DNA of 64,000 nucleotides from Bacteroidales bacterium (GTDB lineage Bacteria; Bacteroidota; Bacteroidia; Bacteroidales; JAGONC01): NCBI GenBank assembly GCA_035342335.1, contig DAOQWY010000016.1, positions 11,711 to 75,710 of the forward strand, read 5' to 3'. Shown piece by piece: positions 21,801 to 27,610 of this stretch (position 1 is its first letter; each line of letters starts with the position of its first letter). The notes under the pieces were generated by a model. It saw only the letters and a program-made list of their open reading frames with translations, ran no database searches and was not told where the DNA came from. The position numbers and the translations under genes were made by a program.

Positions 21801-22462
21801 GAGAAACCGCCTTCGCGGTCGGTACTTAACAAGGCATCTGCCCTGACACCCGGATAGGCATTGTCAGGGATGGTGGGATAAGTTGCTGTCAAAGGCACAA
21901 TGAGAGGTGTACCTTTCGCATCATCATCGGTTCCCGGTATGGTCCTGATCGAAAAACCGTCGGACATAAACATACCCGGATCCGGGAGATCATTCATTTC
22001 GAAAATTGCTTTGACGTGTTTGTCGCCTGCCATCGTAATGGCCCACGTAAATCCTTCCGGATCGGGGTTACCGGTCAGGGGATAAGGTGGCGGACCCAAC
22101 GTGTATGGCAGGGGGGTGTCATACCCTGTTGTTGCCCAACCGACAAAAGAATACCCGGTTGAAGCAACAGGTTTCAGTGCCCAGATCTCGTCGTTTTCGC
22201 CCAGCAGAGGAGCGTCACAGATCGAGGGCCCGTTAAAGTACCCGTCGACAACCTCAATGTCACCGGGATTCTTGGCTTTAACGATGCCATAGCACTCAAT
22301 GTCTACATAGAGACTGGTTTGAAGCTGAGCCTCGGCAACATAAGAGCTAAGAAGCAGTATCGTGAAAAGGGCTGCGATAACCGCTCCGGCACGTCTCAAT
22401 CTTTTTGGTTTGTAAATTGTTTCCATAAAAAATAAGTTGTTTAATGAATAATTGTTTCGCAA
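12806..22462 (-). CDS. Giant secreted T9SS cargo protein with a dockerin-like module, FN3, MBG/YDG repeats and InlB B-repeats
   Basis: 3218-aa ORF. The signal peptide is RRAGAVIAALFTILLLSSYVAEA; an alternative start is M13 at 22426. It has KIYDGTTTA / KIYDGNTNA (YDG-type) segments and multiple GYxFxxW B-repeats. An FN3 module is present (TAEVTWTTPAGQTAELRYKK...TGLTPGTLYNVEVRTVCG). A dockerin-like duplicated Ca-loop follows (GDVNCDGFLTVLDVQIL ... GDINGDGQINVLDIVALINIILG, nt ~13436-13615). The T9SS C-terminal domain reads AYPNPTRGEINALFNV...GLYILQMNA...QEVKVVIIK. Confidence 0.85.
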   Translation of the reverse strand: MRNNYSLNNLFFMETIYKPKRLRRAGAVIAALFTILLLSSYVAEAQLQTSLYVDIECYGIVKAKNPGDIEVVDGYFNGPSICDAPLLGENDEIWALKPVASTGYSFVGWATTGYDTPLPYTLGPPPYPLTGNPDPEGFTWAITMAGDKHVKAIFEMNDLPDPGMFMSDGFSIRTIPGTDDDAKGTPLIVPLTATYPTIPDNAYPGVRADALLSTDREGGFSGLRILDISPAPGVVGTIDLGTVAGVYGVYGNDILLSDIFDLVTVPSDFIAPLLEDESGKTINWVFTFDGFMEAETFTVTVSTIAYKDAALEFGDELCETVLASSEFDIEVADVEQTFTPELSPIIECGGPFEFSTTITYPTIYKVDLAGEILANAILKTDKAIPAGATITWTYTQTPGGSFGPAVFTVGVGGIPANTPVYLSNVVVNSVPAGVAPTPLLGHSELDIEWEFSIANLPSGSYNLTVQPIVQLNAVDYPYGEVLSVELINLDITASVNIGPTAISAVTKAPIIVPVTTTLAAPFSADHAGIMLDGRITKTSGNFPSGMVLLGARYGATNPPTNTITIIDGVLGGTSGKKFSQMFGSPLIYPYDLTAISGTTLYWEFDIEGVSAPVTFDMDVELFTYYGTSPICIVGTDNVDITFANASFTATTPNDYVCLNDIIPITVTFDFPAIASIEPTAYDIYTDVVIKNTAHEIPAGTTIDWHYGATASGLFTVGTALPVNTETMLSAIIAGSTSKVGTVPDKLINAVDVAWTFNFVIPGNYDPPTDLTGAANKGDYTLNFKPIVKLFAYPNFVYMTSPDSRNVSFTIGTYALTMAAEPDYAGTTNPEIPGPYNIGCGTLVKVIATPSVLGGYFFDEWTSETDCEEPEGRDIPAYDNFADYEANPTWYRMPPCNAEVTAHFDQEEYEFVIGVAGCGQKVIVWTDGGSTPFELTGNRECADIEPTSGTFLTFTHGETVLLEVIPTTGWTWGEWIFCDPADDGEPLGDPDFTYIGLNDAGHHVYELVFRSDKELKALFRKNLTANIVINNKIYDGTTTATIDQEASTLTGYSTTCPGYDCTVDFDWVGVVANFIDENTTWNGTIYLTKQVNITGLELTGIDDCYYILGATTYDPLTGYGVPGSTATSAAKIFRKCVDVYAKADNKIYDGNTNAVVSKNEPTPYDGVNDGFKGFLAGDNVSGTINPAGTFASKNIGTWNVTYSATLSGTDAPNYVLNCPEGAGYPVIQATISCKWLTLPNIVIADKQFNGQVEATVLSYGALSGLIAGETLVYVTPADPADAEAYFVNPWVEDDKDVEIVNLGLSGAQSGNYCIGDQGDDDADIVAPPYAMFDPSYQLSCDPECEPDIVEVPVERTFTITFNQDVYNYMGQPLPTSGTGLGNFIRLEKYIVAGEPPCHEYIYPDPDNWATVPFWSIRAGRVITVYPGTPENEVRVDLQWNNYYRIVFGDIWAHNNITGDFQRVEYRLDQDDYEFDEEAACAFELSRQIIFKTIPQLISPVVEPSGCEDVEIAYNAPIKITFVNPVKYTNGNMISDQVGEPTHKFEIWASPKYGPEVWKKVMFKATASEYEEALPGYPGTFGPTVITLVPEAFAGNEEYWTHPYNQMLHCYNYYVLFRDGFMDNGAGFIDMTDGGRVASDGPGGGADLVWSWCTTCKFDITVSYSANSGLKFPPSWGAGDINNLFLKEGSATLKNLNVDGSAYGSYGKQLTYKVNMLPYPHVYTFKSNIGQGYHINNWTRNLTTSVYYKSGSGWKYQNTLPGLGWELFTNQNQTPAAPAWPTSHPFIDWTADPAVPFEGYRFNVDYNINTYNIYAKAVPYQDPSTSGVSWTGNTNSWVDYDTKNYTHGSAVMIKAKAMDGYYNTSWSYAPPSSGKQLPASVLATIGPNDVTNYTYDPELPAKPNFVTPKEGFITFDMVGTDPVHGYTYTVEANFAKFYPRIDVTVVPESPDCNYVTYTAQFVQGQDWGIVFAAQNYAVFKYGTPVTLETHECECGWMFDHFEVWDGTMVGSERHYVLFTPTEWMPVESNLDIKAVFVKKPYHITAVTDPNTKGSVLIEGENSDGDFVQLIDAEATAGDYFDFDTPLTLTVYPEPGWECVGFNNDNVYLVEEYIDRSVWSYIVGDNDCEQPYDLVAELALRQYVIKGLPYYNNTQNTTGGKVTGAPAGTGLNKFTNNSTAGTAIGTFEHFQHPTPFTLTATANTYYKLSHWYDVENGVSLGSANPLSLPMVNADRTIRAIFVVDLPTYALTVTHDPEVAGDESVTQNGYTAYEPYAFYKHNQLSGFPSVISVTAIPEIGWEFDYWTSSLFTGKNYSNPYVFNMPNTAVTMVAHYKKIDYELDLVCRTYLRPVDPCNCNIVDYGLLLEDVTPGSDGIYNFGDVVTLKATPIPGFTFVNWMVGTLSDLPGCGELDRDGGNCILTGWQIDPVHAPRPYPQTMTFTYTIPAQWEETVVFYALAVETAFPQYPIYSLTTSDNPDGFGNTWGDGNYPETVVAMVDQEETTPGWGFMHWDVNYTTQAEGVSPLGIYMDENKVAVAHYELIEYELNLVAIGCGSVYAQDWDYMYNIEDDPLPISAEEDCCNYEFVGWFYDYNCNVPVTDATGTPITAPNFGWIPQPYDVTIYGLFEETYFDVEITMARDECESGLLPAGCTAEVISGSGPYALDEVITLLATPGPGYVFDYWANPMCEVLVEDEQFNHTILCEWNDFVAVFDAIPYNVTLTANPTAGGTVAGGGIYYIGDNVTVTATPTVGWVFNGWYQGTTLVSPNLAYSFVMPAANVALEAKFTITTVTLTVTIDGPSSCSVVVKNGATVLTPPYTVNYGTVLTLDPEPNGLFLNWTGDLTGTANPASLTMNGNKTVVAHFAACDPVTNLASTTTAKTAEVTWTTPAGQTAELRYKKAVGGTWTAWAVAASPKTITGLTPGTLYNVEVRTVCGTGIYAEVVAGTFTTKLLGDVNCDGFLTVLDVQILTNYIMGSQAWTQCIGDGGDINGDGQINVLDIVALINIILGQTGKASVMSIPADIYLASDGIMFNSDGTVSGLQFELEGPQVSNLKLTLALAGYELTYSVEGNTLTGMIYNLDNEPIPAGMINLISMAAEGTIEWGNVIGANYGENEVQVTKHGALSDAFSLMAYPNPTRGEINALFNVPANAKVNIRLLDFSGRVISELTDAIYDYGEHLINWTDAQTLTTGLYILQMNAITEDASHQVYRQEVKVVIIK

Positions 22463-23331
22463 AAAATTATTATATCGAGAGGATGAAACTGAAATCAGGA
22501 GCCGACAGGTTCCGCAAAGATGAAAGACAGCATCCTTTCAAAACGGCTGGACTGCTGAAAATCATTGGAACCTTTCTTTCGCTGACCCCTGTAAACTCCA
22601 CTTTCATTTTTTCCCTGATCATTAAATTTTTAGTTTCGAAATTGTTTACCTTTTGTTTTTGATGAGTGATAAATTTAAGTGATTATATATATATAATGTA
22701 TGAAAATTCTCATTTTCTATTTGTAATTGATGAAACTCTGCCTGATGAATCTGGCAATCTCCAATCGGATATCAATGTTTGGTTTTGGAATCATACGGCA
22801 AAATAAAAACAAAATTAACTAATTCGCAAATTAATTCATTCTCTTTTTAAACCTTTTTTTCAAAAAAAAGTTTCACAAAAGGCTTATTTCTTTCTGTTCA
22901 CCTGTTTAGCTTCCGAATATTTTCTGTTATAATAAACCTGGTCCAATGATAACTTGTTAAGTGTTATGTATGCAAAGTAAGCATTAATCAAATGAATATG
23001 CAAATTAATCTATTCTTTTTTCATATAATTATTGTTAATAACCTCATCGCAACCCTCTCTTTCCAATGAAAACGAATCTATTTTTTTAACGTAAATCAGG
23101 CTTTCAAGGTTTCATTAATCTTAAAATACTATATGTCAATTAATTAAATCGTTTTTGCGAAATTGTTAATACCTGCTTTTCCGGCTATTCCCTTTTTTCC
23201 CGTGTTGATAACTTTTACAGGAACCATTACGGATGCTTCTTTAATCCTTTCGCGTGTAAATCTTCAAATTAATAAGGTATCCTTTCCAGCTTAGCGCCAG
23301 TAAAAATACAAATCTTTTCCAGTCAAAGATC

Positions 23332-23339
23332 TATCTTTG
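23332..23339 (+). promoter_or_regulatory. TAnnTTTG -7 box upstream of rfbD
   Basis: TATCTTTG lies 9 nt before the rfbD ATG, so a leaderless or very short-leader transcript is possible. Confidence 0.4.
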
Positions 23340-23348
23340 TAAAATAAA

Positions 23349-24236
23349 ATGTACAACATCCTCATCACCGGTGCCAACGGACAGCTCGGGAGCGAATTCC
23401 GGAAAATCGCCCCTGCCCGGTCCGATGTTCGGTTCACCTTCACCGATGTCGGCGAGTTGGATATCACTTGCCCAAAAGCCGTAGACGACTTTACTTCGGC
23501 CGGAAGGTATGATTGCATCATCAACTGCGCCGGTTACACCGCGGTGGATAAGGCAGAAACGGAACGCGAAGCCGCCAGCCGGGTGAATGTTTCAGCAGTC
23601 AGGAACCTGGCCATGTCAGCCAGTGAACAGGACTCCCTGCTCGTTCACCTGTCGACCGACTACGTTTTTGACGGTCATCACCACAGGCCCTACCTGGAGA
23701 CGGACAGGGAAAATCCCCTTTCGTGGTACGGACAAACCAAGCTCGAGGGGGAACGCCAGGTGTTGATGCATGCGAATAAAGCATTGATCATCCGTACTTC
23801 CTGGCTCTACTCCCAGTTTGGGAACAACTTCCTGAAGACCATGGTCAGACTCGGCCGGGAAAAAAAAGAGCTCAGGGTGGTTTGCGACCAGGTTGGAACA
23901 CCTACCTGGACGGCCGACCTGGCCCGCGCCATCCTGAAAATCATTCCCCTCTTCAGATGGAACGCAAAGAGGATCTATCATTATTCCGATGAGGGAGTTT
24001 GTTCCTGGTACGATTTTGCAGCGGAAATCATGGAAACAGCCGGACTCTCCTGCCGGATCATCCCGGTCACGACCTCAGAATTCCCGACTGCAGCCCTTCG
24101 CCCCTTTTACAGTGTGCTGGATAAGGGAAAAATCAAGCGGGACTTCGAAATTGAGATCCCACACTGGAAAACGAGTTTGAAGGAGTGTATCCGGGAGGGG
24201 GAAGGCAGTGGAGTAGTCATTCATAGTCATTCATAG
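23349..24236 (+). CDS. rfbD: dTDP-4-dehydrorhamnose reductase
   Basis: ILITGANGQLGSEF...NCAGYTAVDKAE...STDYVFDG...PYxETD...YGQTKLEGE is the RmlD pattern. The last ~7 codons and the TAG stop lie inside a 10-bp tandem repeat. Confidence 0.85.
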   Translation: MYNILITGANGQLGSEFRKIAPARSDVRFTFTDVGELDITCPKAVDDFTSAGRYDCIINCAGYTAVDKAETEREAASRVNVSAVRNLAMSASEQDSLLVHLSTDYVFDGHHHRPYLETDRENPLSWYGQTKLEGERQVLMHANKALIIRTSWLYSQFGNNFLKTMVRLGREKKELRVVCDQVGTPTWTADLARAILKIIPLFRWNAKRIYHYSDEGVCSWYDFAAEIMETAGLSCRIIPVTTSEFPTAALRPFYSVLDKGKIKRDFEIEIPHWKTSLKECIREGEGSGVVIHSHS

Positions 24237-24330
24237 TCATTTATAGTCATTCATAGTAATTCATAGTCATTTATAGTCATTTATAGTCATTTATAGTTAT
24301 TTATAGTCATTTATAGTTATACATTGTCAT
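24211..24330. repeat. 10-bp tandem repeat, consensus T(C/T)ATAGTCAT: 10 good copies plus 2 degenerate flanking copies
   Basis: Read directly: gagtagtcat tcatagtcat tcatagtcat ttatagtcat tcatagtaat tcatagtcat ttatagtcat ttatagtcat ttatagttat ttatagtcat ttatagttat acattgtcat. Confidence 0.95.
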
Positions 24331-24375
24331 ATTGATTAATTATCATTTTTGACTTGCAGCTTAAAACCACTAATC

Positions 24376-26112
24376 ATGAATATCGATCAGCAAATCCTCG
24401 ACAGGGCCAATGCATGGCTGACAGGAAACTTTGATGAAATGACCAAGCAACAGGTAAGGGATCTCATGGAGAAGGATCCGGTGGGCCTTACCGATGCATT
24501 TTACCGTGATCTTGAGTTTGGCACCGGTGGCCTGCGCGGGATCATGGGCGTGGGAACCAACCGGATGAACAGGTACACCGTTGGCATGGCAACCCAGGGC
24601 CTGGCCAATTACCTTAAAAAGGTGCACGGTGACCGGGCGGAGATCAGTGCAGCCATTGCCTATGACTCCAGGAACAATAACACGCTTTTTGCGCAGATCA
24701 CGGCGAATGTACTCTCAGCCAACGGGATCAGGGTCTTTCTGTTTGACCGCCTCCGCCCAACCCCGGAACTCTCTTTTGCAGTGAGGCATCTCAAATGCCA
24801 GACAGGAATCGTGATCACCGCCTCGCACAACCCGAAGGAATACAACGGTTACAAAGTATACTGGACCGATGGCGGCCAGTTGCTCACGCCTCACGACAGG
24901 AACGTCATCCAGGAAGTGCTCCGGATCAATTCGGTTGATGAGGTGAAATTTGAAGGAAATCCCGCCCTGATCAACACGATCGGTGCAGAGGTTGACAGGG
25001 CGTTCCTGGAGAAGAGCTGCCAGCAGTCGCTGTCACCGGAGATCATCAGGGATCATCACGATCTGAAGATCGTTTACACTCCTCTCCACGGAACAGGTGT
25101 ACACCTTATTCCAATGGCTCTGAAAGCCTTTGGATTTACGCAGATCATCGGGGTGGAGGAGCAGAATGTGATCAGCGGGGATTTCCCCACGGTTCATTCA
25201 CCCAATCCGGAGGAAGGAGCTGCACTGGCGATGGCCATTCAGAAAGCCGTGGAAACAGGAGCCTCACTGGTGATGGGTACCGACCCGGATGGCGACCGGG
25301 TGGGCGTTGCCGTCAGAAACAGGGAAGGTGAATTTATCCTGCTCAACGGCAATCAAACCGCCTGCCTGATCCTGTATTACATACTCGGCAAATGGTCGGA
25401 AAAAAAGAAGCTTACCGGCCGCGAATACATTGCCAAAACGATCGTCACCACCGAGTTGCTCAAGGACATTGCCACCCATTTCGGTGTGGAGACCTTTGAT
25501 GTGCTGACCGGCTTCAAATACATCGCCGAGCTGATCCGCAACCTGGAAGGGGAACGCGTTTACATCGGCGGCGGTGAAGAAAGCTATGGCTACATGATCG
25601 GTGATTTTGTCAGGGACAAGGATGCCGTGACCTCTTGCTGCATGATCGCCGAGACGGCTGCCTGGGCTTCCAGCCAGGGGAAAACCCTCTTCGAACTGCT
25701 CATCGACATCTATGTCCGCTTTGGATTATCGAAGGAAAAACAGATCTCGGTCACCAAAAAAGGAAAAGCCGGCGCTGAGGAGATCCAAAAGATGATGGAC
25801 CGGTTCCGGAATCATCCTCCGGCAGAACTGGATGGCTCACGGGTGATCCGGATCATGGATTATCTGAAACAGACTGAAAAAGACTGTCTGACAGGAATCC
25901 TGAAGAAGATTCTGCTACCGCAATCAAATGTGCTTCAATTCTTCCTGGAGGATGGCAGCAAGATCACCGTACGTCCATCAGGCACCGAACCCAAGATCAA
26001 GTTTTACTTCGGGATCAAAGCGCCACTTGGGAAGGCGGAAGAATTTGAGGAAACCGACAGGAAACTTGAAATGCGAATAGAAGCGATATCGCGTTCTTTG
26101 GGCCTATCTTGA
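24376..26112 (+). CDS. Phosphoglucomutase/phosphomannomutase family phosphosugar mutase
   Basis: The active-site serine loop is ITASHNPKEYNGYKVY and the Mg loop is GTDPDGDRVG. The start was moved to the ATG at 24376 (MNIDQQILDRANAWL). Confidence 0.85.
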   Translation: MNIDQQILDRANAWLTGNFDEMTKQQVRDLMEKDPVGLTDAFYRDLEFGTGGLRGIMGVGTNRMNRYTVGMATQGLANYLKKVHGDRAEISAAIAYDSRNNNTLFAQITANVLSANGIRVFLFDRLRPTPELSFAVRHLKCQTGIVITASHNPKEYNGYKVYWTDGGQLLTPHDRNVIQEVLRINSVDEVKFEGNPALINTIGAEVDRAFLEKSCQQSLSPEIIRDHHDLKIVYTPLHGTGVHLIPMALKAFGFTQIIGVEEQNVISGDFPTVHSPNPEEGAALAMAIQKAVETGASLVMGTDPDGDRVGVAVRNREGEFILLNGNQTACLILYYILGKWSEKKKLTGREYIAKTIVTTELLKDIATHFGVETFDVLTGFKYIAELIRNLEGERVYIGGGEESYGYMIGDFVRDKDAVTSCCMIAETAAWASSQGKTLFELLIDIYVRFGLSKEKQISVTKKGKAGAEEIQKMMDRFRNHPPAELDGSRVIRIMDYLKQTEKDCLTGILKKILLPQSNVLQFFLEDGSKITVRPSGTEPKIKFYFGIKAPLGKAEEFEETDRKLEMRIEAISRSLGLS

Positions 26113-26180
26113 AAGGAGAAAGGAGAAATGAGAAATGAGAAATATATATCTCCTCTCTCCTCTCTCCTCTCTCCTCTCAT
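26111..26180. terminator. Purine/pyrimidine-tract imperfect hairpin between convergent genes
   Basis: GAAAGGAGAAAGGAGAAATGAGAAATGAGAA - atatata - TCTCCTCTCTCCTCTCTCCTCTCTCCTCTCAT. The arms are complementary apart from positions that become G-U pairs only in the minus-strand transcript. It fills the whole gap between the two stop codons. Confidence 0.55.
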
Positions 26181-26629
26181 TAAAACACGTCCAGAATCTC
26201 GATCTTCTTATCCCGGAACAGCACGGTATCACCCTTTTTATGACCGTGCAGGGCGTGGAAGAAGGGCACAAAGGGAGAGATCGCCAGCCAGGTTTCATTC
26301 TCGTACTCGAACTTCCCGATGCCAACAGAAACAAATATTTTTTGGTCCCCGGTGATGATCACAGCACCAACATCCACACTATCAAGCTTTTTGGAAGGAT
26401 CGACCTTATCGAGCATCTTCAGCTGGTCGAGTGACTGCCGGAGCTGTTTGGCAAACATATCGCGCTTTCCCATCATCTGATCCCGGTAGGAATCATACTG
26501 ATCACGGGGCTGATGTTCATAGGCACTGTCCTGGGCATCTTCCATTTCAGACCGTGTATTATCAATACTCGCCTGCTGCAGCTGCCTGCACCTCGCGATC
26601 AGCCTCTTTTTAAAATCTTCACGGTCCAT
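26180..26629 (-). CDS. GreA/GreB C-terminal-domain-like protein (function unknown)
   Basis: 149-aa ORF. The N-terminal half is a charged helical region. The C-terminus (VGAVIITGDQKIFVSVGIG...ISPFVPFFHALHGHKKGDTVLFRDKKIEILDV) follows the Gre C-terminal pattern (IS..SP...AL.GkkkGD.v). Confidence 0.5.
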   Translation of the reverse strand: MDREDFKKRLIARCRQLQQASIDNTRSEMEDAQDSAYEHQPRDQYDSYRDQMMGKRDMFAKQLRQSLDQLKMLDKVDPSKKLDSVDVGAVIITGDQKIFVSVGIGKFEYENETWLAISPFVPFFHALHGHKKGDTVLFRDKKIEILDVF

Positions 26630-26751
26630 TGCGCAAATTTGTGCTAAAATATAAAATTAGCCTTGGGTTTACAAATAATTACCAAAAAATCGGTGTTAGA
26701 GGGAAAAAGGGTAAATTTGTTCAATTGTTAAAGTGATCACTGGTATGAACC

Positions 26752-26860
26752 CCAGGGCAAGCCCTGGACCTTAATTCCGGGGCAAGCCCCGGGGAATTTA
26801 CCCATTTACCCCACCCCCGTCCCCTCCCCTGCTGGCAGGGGAGGGTGCAGGGGTGGGGTA
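26752..26860. repeat. Cluster of three GC-rich hairpins including a G4/i-motif-capable palindrome
   Basis: The three hairpins are CCAGGG-CAAG-CCCTGG (26752-26767), CCGGGG-CAAG-CCCCGG (26777-26792), and TACCCCACCCCCGTCCCCTCCCCTGC-TGG-CAGGGGAGGGTGCAGGGGTGGGGTA (26807-26860). Confidence 0.8.
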
Positions 26861-26932
26861 CATTAAATTGCTGACTGCTGATCCCCGTTTCGTTTCACTC
26901 GCGGAGACAAGCTGCCGTCTCAATCCACTACC

Positions 26933-27493
26933 ATGAACAACCACCCGGAAGAAGCCTACAGATCCCGCCAGGTCATCGAATTCCTGACCGTTGCCAATGA
27001 ATATTGCCTGTTTCTGGAAAAGGCACAGGGATATGGAAAAGAGAAATTGCTCGACTTTACCAGCAAAATCAGTCCGTTGCTTTATCTCAAGGGAACTCTT
27101 TTACCGCCGGCAGAAACCGGGGAACCAGGAGCAGGTGAACGCTTCGTGACGCAAGAACATTGGCAGACCCTTTTTCTGATGTTGCATGAAACCCTGGGAG
27201 CGGATGACCTTTTCTGGTATGCGACCCCGGAAAGCGATGGACAGGTTGCCCTTGTCAAAGCAAGCCTGGCTGAACACCTGGCTGACATCTATCAGGACAT
27301 GAAGGACTTTGTGCTTCTTTACCAGAAAAACCTGCGCAATTCACAAGAAATTGCAGCCAGTGAGATCAGGCTGCTTTTTTCCTCGCACTGGGGCATCCGT
27401 ATCGCGCAGATACAGCGCCACGTGCATTCCCTACTCCATGGAGAACCGGATGAAGGCAGTGAAGAACTGAAGGAGTTGCTTTCCGGAATTTGA
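26933..27493 (+). CDS. Conserved hypothetical protein (possibly DUF5063-like)
   Basis: 186-aa ORF with coding-like composition, acidic, no TM segment. The family guess is from memory of Bacteroidota proteins starting ...VIEFLTVANEYCLFLE and is unverified. Confidence 0.45.
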   Translation: MNNHPEEAYRSRQVIEFLTVANEYCLFLEKAQGYGKEKLLDFTSKISPLLYLKGTLLPPAETGEPGAGERFVTQEHWQTLFLMLHETLGADDLFWYATPESDGQVALVKASLAEHLADIYQDMKDFVLLYQKNLRNSQEIAASEIRLLFSSHWGIRIAQIQRHVHSLLHGEPDEGSEELKELLSGI

Positions 27494-27610
27494 CAGGAAA
27501 AATGTGTTGGATGATTTTGTTTTCAAAGAAATAGTTATTTTTGCATTTAATTTATTTAATCCAAATAAATTTTAATCCTCTAAACCAAAATCACCGGACC
27601 GCACCGAACG

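Noticed and set aside
4322-22292. Many 60-270-aa ORFs on the + strand (e.g. 4322-5122, 6305-6874, 10910-11596, 12932-13729, 16343-16963, 17267-17956, 19457-20278) and short - strand ORFs in other frames
   Set aside because: All are embedded in the two giant minus-strand genes, whose repeat and domain structure is unambiguous. Their translations are Arg/Gly/His-rich antisense-type sequences without motifs.
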